Assembly: GCA_002104905.1 (NCBI GenBank)
Contig: MCFE01000719.1
Coordinates: forward strand, 1-42,268
Direction of reading: 5' to 3'
DNA: 42,268 nucleotides
DNA from: Basidiobolus meristosporus CBS 931.73
Taxonomy: Eukaryota; Fungi; Basidiobolomycota
A program made the position numbers and the translations under genes. The notes under the pieces were generated by a model. The model was not told the DNA's origin. It saw only the letters and a list, made by a program, of their open reading frames with translations, and ran no database searches. Shown one piece after another: positions 23,751 to 35,110 of this stretch; position 1 is the first letter of the stretch; each line of letters starts with the position of its first letter.

Positions 23751-24964
23751 AACTTTGGGATTTACTACTGGTAGCTTAAAGATTTGGATATAATTACAAA
23801 ATATACAGCATGAGCTCCTTTTGTAAACAATTTAAAAGTTATTGTTGGAAAGAGGAAATTGCATGAAGTGGGTACTAGGAGATTTAGTAGCAATTAGTGG
23901 ACTATGCCACGGCACTTTTCATTGTTATAGAGTTGGATATAAATACTACATGTAGAACCTCACAGAAATAACCATCAGAATTAAATAGCAAAGATGATGG
24001 AAAGCGGAGTACATCACTTGGGGCCTTTCCTACTAATCTACACTTCCGTAATTCCAAAGAAATTGCAGTTGATTTTGCAATACTAAATCCGCCTTACAGT
24101 CAAACTTTACGAAATTGTGTTAGTGTTGAATCATAGAATATACATGTATTGACAAACCAGTTAGTAGCATCAAATTCAATCCCTTGAGTACATGAGCCCT
24201 TAAGTGTTGTTGGCTGTGAGAGAGTATTTCTATTGACGTGCTGGTGCGTAAGGTGTTCCACAAAACAGAACACATTCTACATTCAAACCATCATGCAATC
24301 ACTGCGGTTAATTGATCGAGCCCTCATCTCCAAGTGTGGCCAGAATATTTGATAGAAACTGACTTGATCCATATATTATACACACGCTTCTTCCATATTT
24401 CTTATTGGCCACATTATCGTGTGATACTAAGCCCAATATGCACCAGATCTCATACGCCTCTGCCGACGTTCCGTTAGAGCCGCATTATCCAACGGGGAGT
24501 ACAGCCATGTGAGACACTGAAAACATCCACCTCACTACCAGTTTCCCACCAAACCAGAGAGTAACATGTCCAGATCTGGGGGCGTATGGCGTTCAATTTC
24601 AATTCCGGATGAATCAAGGTGCTGCAATGGGTGATCGAGCACAGTGCATAACCGATATTACGGATGGGGATAAACTAGGTAGCTCTCCACTGTGGCACCC
24701 ATTGATTGGCATTGACCATCGTTCCCTGACTTTCCAACGTAACAACTACATGCAAAGTGCTGCTTCGATCATGTACATGCTTTCATGTAGTTGAATAATG
24801 CCGTAATAGGTAGTGCCTCTGCTAGAATTTGTGTGTGGACTATCCAAATCCAGTCATGACATGAATACAATTGTTTTCACGAATTCTTATTTACACTTTG
24901 ATTTTATTGATGCACGAGGGACGGATTACATGATAAAAATATGTACAATACAATGTCGAGAATA

Positions 24965-25375
24965 TTATTTCGCGACTGAGGGTGTTAGCGAGATATACAG
25001 GGTGGAGATTCGACATGAAGAATCGTTCCCCGCCACAAACCCTCGCAACAGTACTTGATCGAAGTCCGAGTTTTCCTGGATCAGCTCTTTGACGGTGTTG
25101 CCACCCATCGTGCCACCATATGCCTTGAATCCATTTGGCGGATTCGTACCTGATGTGACTGATTTGTTGCTACCGAGTGCCCTCTTGGCTAGAAAAACGT
25201 TTGGCGGGGATGTTGGTTGATTTGCTCTGGTGATACTTTCATTCTGTGCTGAATCTACTTGCAAGTGACAAGACGTGTTGGACGTATTGGTCAATCTGGT
25301 GAACTTATTCTCAACATAGCTAGTGGTGCTACGTCTGGGTTTTGGATAGAGGCAGCATAATATATTTAACATCAT
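24965..25375 (-). CDS. Small uncharacterised protein (136 aa from MMLNILCCLYPK), paralog of 26030-26407
   Basis: Open frame. The N-terminal CCLYPK and C-terminal DFDQVLLRGF..NDSSCRISTLYISLTP match the neighbouring ORF. The start was chosen by that similarity. Confidence 0.7.
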   Translation of the reverse strand: MMLNILCCLYPKPRRSTTSYVENKFTRLTNTSNTSCHLQVDSAQNESITRANQPTSPPNVFLAKRALGSNKSVTSGTNPPNGFKAYGGTMGGNTVKELIQENSDFDQVLLRGFVAGNDSSCRISTLYISLTPSVAK

Positions 25376-26029
25376 CGTTGTTAGAAAAGCTGTTTTTGCA
25401 AACAATGTGGTTGATCTAGAGCTATCCACTATATTTATAACTTTGCAAATCAATGGACATTTGTTCTTCAGATCGAGTTCGGCGGGAGAAATCCGAATGA
25501 AAGGACTTTTGCTATTTGGACAAGTTTAGAACCCGGTTTGCCAATGCGAGAGCTTCACATCATAGTTAATTGCAATGGAACATCTTCAATGGAGGCGTGC
25601 ATGATGTCCCCTACAGGCCTCAACCTAATATGATGATTTACTAAGGCGGGTATAGATATAGGAATCTACGTCGTTGATCTGGCAACCGGATTTTAGAGAA
25701 CTCGGGAAAGGCAGTTTTGCCGAAGATATCATGACTCTCATTAGAGCAAGTTTATCTTGCAAGAGGCTTAAACCCCTGGTAATTTTGTTTGACTTCATCA
25801 GTGACTGAATGGAGGATATTTCGAGTGCGATATGCAGAGGGCATTGGTATCTGGTTAATCGTCCTGATATCGAAAGTATGCACAAGCAAACCAATCTGTA
25901 TAACTTGAATAACTTTATACAATTTCTATAAGACTCAGATTAACATCCTTATTGTGTTGGGAAAATGAACCTATATTTATGTACATTGAAGAAATTATGG
26001 CCAGCAGTAATCTACAAATGGGTTGTTCC

Positions 26030-26407
26030 TTAATTGGCGAGCAAGGCTGGAGTCAAAGTGATGTGCAATGTTGGAATCCTCTGAGAGCCATCGTTAAGCA
26101 GGAAGCCGTAGAGTAACACCTCTTCGAAATCCGGTGAAGGCTTAACGTCATCTTGCACAGTCCTTGGATCATTCCTCCAACGACAATCAGGCTTGATAAG
26201 CTGGCTAGTTCTCAGGTGATGGCGAAGAAATCCAGTGGCAGGCGCATAAGAAGATGGTGGCATAAAGGCCATGGCGGGGTGTCTGAGAGTATTGTCCTCA
26301 ATACTGGCTGTACTATTCGATTTACTCCCATCTACCAATTTGACAAATCCACTTCTCTTACGCGCCGTCGCTTTCGCGCTCTTTTTGGGAAATAGACAAT
26401 CCAACAT
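26030..26407 (-). CDS. Small uncharacterised protein (125 aa), paralog of 24965-25375
   Basis: ATG-initiated ORF with N-terminal CLFPK and C-terminal DFEEVLLYGF..NDGSQRIPTLHITLTP (about 18 identities over ~30 aa with the paralog). Confidence 0.72.
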   Translation of the reverse strand: MLDCLFPKKSAKATARKRSGFVKLVDGSKSNSTASIEDNTLRHPAMAFMPPSSYAPATGFLRHHLRTSQLIKPDCRWRNDPRTVQDDVKPSPDFEEVLLYGFLLNDGSQRIPTLHITLTPALLAN

Positions 26408-27799
26408 CAGAATATAAAGTAAATCCTAAGGAATGCTAGCGATGTCTGGGAATAGGGCAAGATGACTTACACAATGACTCACTTATATATTTTCTGGGTG
26501 ATACTCAACCTTACCGCTGCTTGTCTTACCGACACGTTCGACGAACTGTGAGAAATATGGTTGAGGGGTATGCATGGCTAGTAGTCAATGGTTATTGGTA
26601 AACAGCGTGGCGAGATTCCAGTTCAGAGCGGGCCGCTTGAAACGATACTAGTGTTTTCCCACTAATCCATCGCTTACGCCTAATCCAAAGCCTAATTGGC
26701 ATAAATTGTAAGACATGGACGCATTCTCCTCACAATTTCCAGGAATTCATCAACGTTCCATTGAACGGCGGAGCTAGATAACAATCCGAATTGGACTGAA
26801 CTTGGACTATCCTGATTTTTAGAGCAAGCGATACCAACGACAAGCTTTAATTCGATCACAAGCCACAGTATGTTGTTCGACAGAAACGGCTACCCTTGAG
26901 AGAGAAACAAGATCCGTACTTCTATATATAGAAATGACCCTTAAATGTTGATGAGCGGCTGCTCTTTAGACTGATCTTTACCCCAAATCAATATTTTAAT
27001 GAGCGTTTATTGTCGAACTCATGTATGTAGTGAGATGAGATGATCTGTTCTGTGTCCAGTAAGCTGGCCAGCACTGTGGAATTGTCACGAGAACAGGAAT
27101 AGGCCATGTCAAGATTGTACATATTCATGCGTACTTCGGAAGCTCGGACCAGAGTACGTTGGCTTAGATTCTCCCTAGACATGATTCATAGATTTAATAA
27201 GTCTTACATAGTGCTGAATTTCCCCAACCAAATACTACCAATTCAACTGTGACCATAGTCGGTCAATAGTTAAGCCACATAAGGCACCATCGTTGGTTAA
27301 GCCTTACGTTAAGGAGTGAATGTTGACTAAAACTGGCAAGCTGATGTGATGACCGAGGAATTCCAGCAAGAAGTAAATCATCCTAATGGATCGGTTTGAT
27401 AAACGGCTTACATACAGGCTCGTCCACATTGCTGCCTCTAATCCACTGCCTTATCAGGAAGTTGATTTAGAATATGCTTACTATTTAGTCTAAAGTGTGT
27501 GACAATATAACATTGTTGCTCAAAGCTCATTTCCATCCAATGCGCGATCAGCAGAAACATGATTACGCTTACTAAGCGGCATCATCATTACCTCAGTAGA
27601 TCTGTTATGGCAATTTTGGTACCACTATTTTAGATATGTACCTGATCAAATGTTTTCTTCAGAACCTAGCCTAGGTCAATGCTGTAATCAGTGAATATTT
27701 TTACCCTGAACTTGCTTTAACATGGGTACAATGGCGATATGACTTTGGAAATGAATCGAGATACGCTACATCAGCTCTTTAGCAAAGGAAACACCCAAA

Positions 27800-28495
27800 A
27801 TGTCCACCGAAAATACTAGTTTTCGCGCAAAAGCCTTCCTTTTCGATTTGGACGGTACGTTGGTAAACACGATTGCTGCTGTGGAGAAGCACTATACCAT
27901 CTGGGCCAACGAATTGGGCATTGAACCACAACCTGTCATTGAGTATTGCCATGGAGTACGTTCTATTGAAGTCATGAACAAATTTGCCCCGCCTGGAAAG
28001 GTTTTCTCCATAGAAGAGACGAATGCTTGGGAGGAGGTTCTACGACTGGACTCTGAAGGTGTCTTTGTTGTACCAGGTATCGTCGAGCTTCTTGCGAAAC
28101 TTCCCAAAGAGCGTTGGGCCATTGTTACTTCTGGAACTCGTTCAATGGCCGAAACCCGACTGAAGCAAATGAACCTTCCTATTCCTGAAGTGTTTATTAC
28201 TGCTGATTCTGTTACCCATGGCAAGCCACACCCTGAAGGATACTTGACTGCTGCCTCGAGATTGGGCTTCAAACCTGAAGAGTGTATGATTTTTGAAGAT
28301 GCGCCTGCAGGCATTGAGGCTGGGATCAACGGTGGTATCCCTTCTATTGCCACAACCACCAGCTACAAGCCAGATATGCTTCAGAGAGCCGTAGCAATTA
28401 TAGATAACTACCATGATATAAAAATAGAAGCAATCACTAATGCTGAAAATGAAATGGAGTTTGATATCGTCGTTGTTAACAATAAAAAGCAGTAG
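27800..28495 (+). CDS. HAD-superfamily phosphatase, subfamily IA (2-deoxyglucose-6-P / glycerol-3-P / hexitol phosphatase-like), 231 aa, intronless
   Basis: All four HAD motifs: FDLDGT, VTSG, GKPHPEGY, FEDAPAG. Confidence 0.95.
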   Translation: MSTENTSFRAKAFLFDLDGTLVNTIAAVEKHYTIWANELGIEPQPVIEYCHGVRSIEVMNKFAPPGKVFSIEETNAWEEVLRLDSEGVFVVPGIVELLAKLPKERWAIVTSGTRSMAETRLKQMNLPIPEVFITADSVTHGKPHPEGYLTAASRLGFKPEECMIFEDAPAGIEAGINGGIPSIATTTSYKPDMLQRAVAIIDNYHDIKIEAITNAENEMEFDIVVVNNKKQ

Positions 28496-29632
28496 GCGCC
28501 CAAATGCCGAGATTTGAGACTAAACCTCTCTAGTAATAATGTGATAGCTGGTTCTGAGGTCCAATGTGACTACACATTTATTGAAGGACACACCAAATAG
28601 ATGTCGATGGCGTAAGTCCCGCTACGCCATTCCGTTTTCCAGTTAATTGGAAACATCGTGAGTAATCGTTATTGTGATATCCAGTACAAACCTCAAACTT
28701 GGTTTTATTGAGACATCTTGTAAACAGATGGTGATGCATGCTACACAGAAAATCCAGCAATCTAGGGAATAAGACTTGATCGAGCTTGGTAAGTACATGG
28801 TATTGGCAGGAACGTATAGTCTAGAACAATCGATTGGAGGTTATCCCCTTAGGTAGTGACATCACCTCCGGTAAGTTCTTGTGAAAGGAGTCAGGCCCAT
28901 ATGGGGAGAGTTCGGAAAGGGCGACCTGCACTGAATCAAGAATAGCAAAGGCTAAACATGTTGATAATTCCCTACTTGACTGGCAACTTGTAGAGCCTTA
29001 TAACTCCCAGGATGAGATCATCTGTGGAGGTGCCTCCAGGGGGATCGGTTCATTATATGTTACTGAGGTGTGTTTAGCAACGCCAATCATACCAATTCCA
29101 CTGATGATGTATCCGTCAATATGGAAGCTTGTTTATTGTAAAACGGTGTCAAACTACGAATTGCATAGTATAAACTGTTTTGAGGAATAACATCCGGCTA
29201 CTGTATCAGGACATGAGCAGAATGCAGATGCTCAACAAAAACCAATAGAACTGATACCATGTCAGCAGCTTATTGTGTCAGCATCATGAGATCTGACCCA
29301 TGTACCAGAGAGCGGCGATACCTCGTATCCTTGCTACAATTGCGGTAAATCTGCTAAAAGATATACCGCACATACTGTAGATGATTCAGCGAGCGGATGT
29401 GCATTGTCAGGTGGTGCTTATTGGGTCCCTCCACAATATATTAACGCCTTATATGGTGTAAACCAGTAACGTTAAACCACTTCGATGCTCTATTATGGGA
29501 AAGCAAATGTGCATCTTAATATGCCAATGATTGGGCACATGGAAGGCTTACCACTCTTTACTGGCGAATGGTCATCCTCCAAAAGCGATCGGAAGCTGTG
29601 GGCTGATCATAAGCAATGCAATAACGGACAAT

Positions 29633-30713
29633 TCATTTTGAGGGTAGTGTGTGCGAGTTGGCCGAGTAGGTTTCACCATTTCCTTGTACTTCAACATCTT
29701 CCAGTTTTGTGACATCGGAGTTAGAAGATTGACTAGGTAGCTGGGAAGTCTTGTCCCTACTCTTCCATATCCTTCTATAGATCTCAGACAGGTTTGCCGT
29801 AAAGCCAAATACCAGACTTAACCAGAATGACTCGCTTATGCTTAGAAACGTCTGAATCGCATTTAAGATGAAGTTGTAGTAGTTTGGGTCTTTGAGCTGG
29901 ATTATACGGTTGACTACACCAGGAATCCAGCACAAGAGGAATATAACAACATATAGAACGTATCGCCCAAGAAACCTTTCGTAGGGGTGCTTCCTGGATC
30001 GTTGCTGTTCCCAAGGATTTCTACGTAGACGTGATACTTGATACAAAGTAGCCGCTAATAGTACGATGTATATTAGGCAAGACAGCAAAAGCCATCCATA
30101 AAAAGTACCTATACGCAGGTCACCAGCAGTCGGTTGAATCCAGCACCTAGAGCAATGTTAGAGGTGTGTTTACCAATATGACTCTTTCTATATCTCACCA
30201 GGCCCTCAACGGCTCTATATCGTGTAGATTGGCAAGTAAGGGTATCATTGATATCGCAGGCAGTCCCATCGAAATGATTGTGAACTTCATCATAATTTTC
30301 CTTCTAAGAAAATTAAACTTTCCTATAGGTAGAAGGATTACGAAGCTAGTTCAGCGTTAGCGTGAAGTCAGTAAACAGGAAAGAGAGTAGGCTTACATAT
30401 TGACACATATACAAATTCCCCAAAGCCAGTTAGATACATTAAAATATGTGATGTGTAGTGCCTGAAGAATGCACACAACTCTCCTTTCTCTCCAATTCAA
30501 GGCCTGATATATTAATGCCCCACCATTGAGGAATACATTGATAAGGGAAAGGAAAAGCAAGGATTTATGATGGGCTGTGATATTATTTGAAGCGTTCACT
30601 AAAAAATGTCGATTGATTAAGTGGTAGTTAAATATGACGAAGGCGCAACCAGTTAAAGAAAGGACGTTGCCAGCTGTAACTAGGTTCTGGAGTACCTCGC
30701 CTTCTGTTGGCAT
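29633..30713 (-). CDS. cAMP-receptor-like (class E / CRL-type) 7TM GPCR, 325 aa, 3 exons (30713-30397, 30345-30199, 30146-29633)
   Basis: GT-AG introns of 51 and 52 nt give a 978-nt frame. Multiple hydrophobic helices, with family motifs LSL.GC..VI..Y, C..QA, AWCWI (formed across intron 2) and Y..IF..CW.P..VNRI. Confidence 0.88.
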
Positions 30714-30894
30714 TTCCTCGACAAACTATAAATTGGATTCGATACTGTATGTGCAAGGTCATACTTATATATATGGAACTTGACATTGGCCTAAAATATA
30801 CGATTCGAAAAGCGTCTATTGATTGGAAGATGCCCAAACATTGTGTGTGATTCGGCATTTTCTTACCAAGATGTTAAATTTGGACCTTCCAATG

Positions 30895-31257
30895 TTAGAA
30901 TGGCATCGCGTCCGTCGCACTGTCCTCATCAGTTGCAAATAACACGTAGTTGTACCTGGATTCTTTGGAGAACCATATCAATTGGTGTACAAACGTGACT
31001 GTTCCATTTGCATTGCATGGTCCAATGGCTCATCGGGCAAGAATGTGATTATGCAATGGAAATTTCGACAGATCAGTATCTATTGAATTATTTCTAAACC
31101 TGGGTGCTGTGCACGCTGGCACTAAAGGTTTTCCGCTTTGCAAATAGCCAATGCTAAGTTTATCAGAATTAAAGTTGATTACCGATAGCAAGATAATGTA
31201 GACAAGAGAAATAACTTGCCAAAATAGTGCTTTTCTTGAGGTTCCTTGATAAACCAT
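30895..31257 (-). pseudogene. Possible disrupted type II membrane protein (glycosyltransferase-like)
   Basis: MVYQGTSRK-ALFWQVISLVYIILLSVINF anchor, then the same frame continues past one TGA (31030-31032) into ..NGTVTFV..NYVLFATDEDS, reminiscent of nucleotide-diphospho-sugar transferase N-termini. Family call is weak. Confidence 0.3.
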
Positions 31258-32372
31258 AATACTGCCTAATCCAGAGATCTCTGTACCAACGAAGTGAATT
31301 TTGGTTGGTATTTCGATGAACTCCAAACGTGGCACCAATGTCGATATGGTTCCATAGGCGTCACAATTTTGTGTATTGGCCAAGTGGCAGTCCCTAGTTC
31401 ACATTGATTTGGTAGTACATAAGTGTATTTTTGAGAACATCGGTATTAAATACATGAACCATAACCTCCCTTGTCACTTGGTCCAACCGGCTGATGCTGC
31501 GCAACTTACTGCTGTGTTATAAAGTTGATAGTCCAAAACTCACATATCTAGACTAAATAAGATATGGGGGTCTTTTTCATGATTATATCAGATTGAATTG
31601 CAGTTCTAGTTGTCAGTTTTTTTGCTAATATCTCTGTCTCTCTCAAATACATCTTATACTGCATACTACCCTGGTGACTACTAGCTTATGCTCCTAAAGG
31701 CTGTAACAAGGGTTTTGTTGAACATTTTCATACATTACTGGAGAAAATTGCTCTATTTCTTGCAATGTAGCTTGATTGCATTCAAAATGTGTGTTCTATA
31801 TGTGATTGTGCACCAGCAGAATGCCAGAAGAATGCCGGCATGATACCAGCAGAATACCATAGGAAGTCCAAGTTTGGTATCTTTCATTGTAAATGAACAT
31901 ATTTTCCATAAAGCACAAAGAATGATGTATTTTTTATGTCCCTATCAGAGGTTTCTGGTAGTGCGCATATTTATTCTAAACAAGTTGCAAAACTATCAAT
32001 ATTATAGCTCCACTCAAATTGACAAGCACTATTAGCAAATCCGTATTGAAAAATACACCATCTAAATAACAATTGCCGCATTTTTTATGGGTCTTCGTAT
32101 AAACTTCCCATATCAAGATGAAATTTCTAACCGTTGGACGAGGTTTAAGAACCAAACACTAAGTAAACACACAAGACAGGCTACACTAAATCAGGGTCCC
32201 TTGTGGATAATATTTAGAAATTTTATTTGGGTTCGTTAACTTCCCCTTGTGTTGTAGTAAAATAGAGATAGTAAGGAATCATTGTGTAGTTGAATTGCCA
32301 TCAGCCACAGTAATCAATATGTCGCTTTTTGTACAGAAAAGGGCTGTCCAAATCATACGCAGGATAGGTAAA

Positions 32373-34061
32373 CTAACGTTCACCCTTTGCGTATCGCTTC
32401 AATAGATCATAGTTCCCTTCAATTGTTCTCTTGGCGCCCCTCCATTTCCCTGGCCCAACCAAGCGGAAGTTCGCTGGCCATCTTGGAGCAAAGAACGATT
32501 TCCACGCAAGTTTGACGCTTCCATATTCCTTCAGAATAGCCCATAAGGATGGATAAAATCCACACTGAGAGGCTAAATCATTCAAGTAATTTTGATTCGG
32601 TTCCCATATGACGCGTTGAGTTGAAGGTAGCCGCTTTCGCTTGTCCTCCAAGTATTGTGAGATGTTAGAGCGCGGTGGAAGTGATATAGTACCAGTCCAC
32701 AGTGAGGTGATATACCTATTCTGGATATCACTACGGAAGGGTCAGTGTAATCAAGAGAACAGTAGTTAAAATTCATCATTACCTCACATTGAAAGCGGAA
32801 TCTAGTAATTTTCTCAGTTAAATCCAGTATAGCACAGAGGAATATGTGAGATCTTACCCAAGGTGAACACAAATCCAACGAATGCTATGCTGGGATAATC
32901 CGGGGGAAGCATTCCTTGGTATAGCCAGAGTGGCCCACTCTCGCAAGAGCTTTTATGTCGAGGTTGACCACCAAGGATATATTTTTCAATGTCAGTCTCT
33001 GTAAAGAAAGGAAAATCCAATTTGAATCCAGTGGCCAAAATAATTGCATCAACGTCAGACACGACATCGCCATTGGTGAATTCAATGGATCTTCCGTCAT
33101 TCAAGAAGCGCTTTACACCAGGCATCGTAAGAACATGACCAGAGGCTAATCTTTCAAGAAGGTTGCCACTAGCTGCCGGAGGCTTCTCTAAGAATGATAT
33201 TTTCTTGCTTGGATTAAGCCAGCCGGTTGGTGGCACCAACAAATAGTTTGTAATTATGAAATCACTGAGCCATGTAGGGGCTATTGCAGAAAGAAACCGG
33301 TAGTGCATCAAATCCAGGGGGAGTCCGCTGCTGGTTAATCGAGGAAGTATGAAAGTCCCGCTTCGAGAAGATATAATTACCTCCTCTGCCGTGTGAGATA
33401 ATTCGTTGGCAATATCACACCCGCTTGTCCCTGAGCCAATTACAACCACACGTTTGCCTAGAAATTTTGAAGGTTCGTGATAGTCCAAAGAATGAATGAT
33501 CTCGCCACAGAAGTTCTCCATGCCTTCATACCTAACCATGTTTGAATGATAATTGTGCCCAGTAGCTACAATAACATGGTCGAAAATCTCATCAACAGGC
33601 ACGGGATCATTCAAGGCTGTATTCAAATATTTCAACAGCCATTGTCCATTCTCCAAGCGGACGACGTTGACAATTTTATGTTGCAAACGCACACTGTCCA
33701 TGAGGTTGAAATCCTTCGCGTAGCTCTCAATGTATTTGCATACGTATTTTTGAGGAAGATATTGAGGCCACGTAGAGGGGAAAGGGTAGTCAGGGAATGG
33801 AGACATATCTCGACTCAGGATAAAAACTATCCCTTTGTACATCGGAGTAGGCCCACCATTATACCCCTTGTAGTGCCACAAGCCACCAATCCAGGGATTT
33901 TGTTCAAAACAAACCGGGGTCAAACGTCCATTAGTTTCCAGGCAGGCCTTTACCGCGTTTAACCCACCTATTCCTAATCATACTATTATTTCAATGGACA
34001 ACTTTACGGAGTTCAAGCCGACTATACCTGCACCGATAATAGCTACGCGTTTACTAGTCAT
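32373..34061 (-). CDS. Flavin-containing monooxygenase (class B FMO), ~508 aa, 4 exons (34061-34028, 33973-32858, 32801-32783, 32730-32373)
   Basis: FAD motif GAGIGG (across intron 1), FE....GGLW, FMO fingerprint FCGEIIHSLDY, NADPH motif VVVIGSGTSG, ATGF, and S..Q.RY..LW.G...LP. Introns 54/56/52 nt. A further 3' exon cannot be excluded. Confidence 0.92.
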
Positions 34062-35110
34062 GATTTTCTATATGATGGTATTCCGGAGACCAGTTTTTAT
34101 ATCTGAAAATCCAGCTTCTAGATTTTGGTTTGCTTGTGGTTTGGCTGATCCCGGTATGCTCCAGCTAATCCATATATATGCCGCAGTTTGATCACAATAC
34201 TTTCCATACTGTACCATCTAAAAACTAAGTCATGTCAAGAAATATCGTGTTGACACTCTGATTAGGCATTTCAATCGTTAGTAACTCCACGTAAAGTTTG
34301 GCTATTTGAGGTGACGTGCATCAAGTATATCCCTTCCTGTGATTAGAACTATCCTGACGCACATTGCGAGACATCTCAGGCTCTCCTTGTGCGACTATGT
34401 TAACCACAACAACATGACAGATAGGGATAAAACCAATGAGTGTCCGTGCACAAGCACTCTCTTCCTTTTCACATCGATCTGCAGTTTCTATGCCAATGGC
34501 TGCGTAAAATAGTAGCGGATAAGGTTCACAACTCCGAGATAATAAAATATTGTGTGGAGCTCTTGGAGAAAATCCTATGATCTCACTTCCACACTACGCA
34601 CTAGCACGTTGTGGGGTACCTTGACAAAATGATGCATATAATTTAACAGAAAGGTACCGATAACTCGGGCAATCAAGAGAGAGTCGCCTATAATAGTGCT
34701 GAATATTTAACTCCATATTTCCAAGCAAACATGAACTCTCAAACCGCATAGATCCAAAAATTCCTGCATTGTACAACTAGAATTTGATTCGTTCCGTAGT
34801 AACAAAGTATTCTAGACCAACAATGCCAGAATAAATGAGTTTTAAGCTCAGTTCGCGTACTAATAGCTCAATTACTGTTGTGGCACACGGGCAGCAAATA
34901 ACTTGGGAGCAGTCAAGAGCATATCACGTATTATGCCTGATACCAATTTACAAACCCAGCATGTGGGGAGAAATAGCTGATGATTGTATCACCATATGAT
35001 GGGCTACACTGCCATGCTACCCGCAACCCAGTATAGAGAAGATCAATGCCAATCAAAGAAACAATACAAAACAAAAGCGGTAATTCATTTCTGGAGATTC
35101 TGATGAAATA

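Noticed and set aside
1-23900. Repeat-induced point mutation (RIP) as cause of TE decay
   Set aside because: CpA/TpG dinucleotides are abundant and the observed changes are concentrated at CpG.
24000-24800. Peptide-like frames on both strands (e.g. WPEYLIETDLIHILYTRFF on +, AEAYEIWCILGL on -)
   Set aside because: Could not assemble a consistent exon chain or recognise a family on either strand.
27892-28359. 155-aa minus-strand ORF
   Set aside because: Antisense shadow of the HAD phosphatase with no recognisable motifs.
33546-33962. 138-aa plus-strand ORF
   Set aside because: Antisense shadow of the FMO exon 2.
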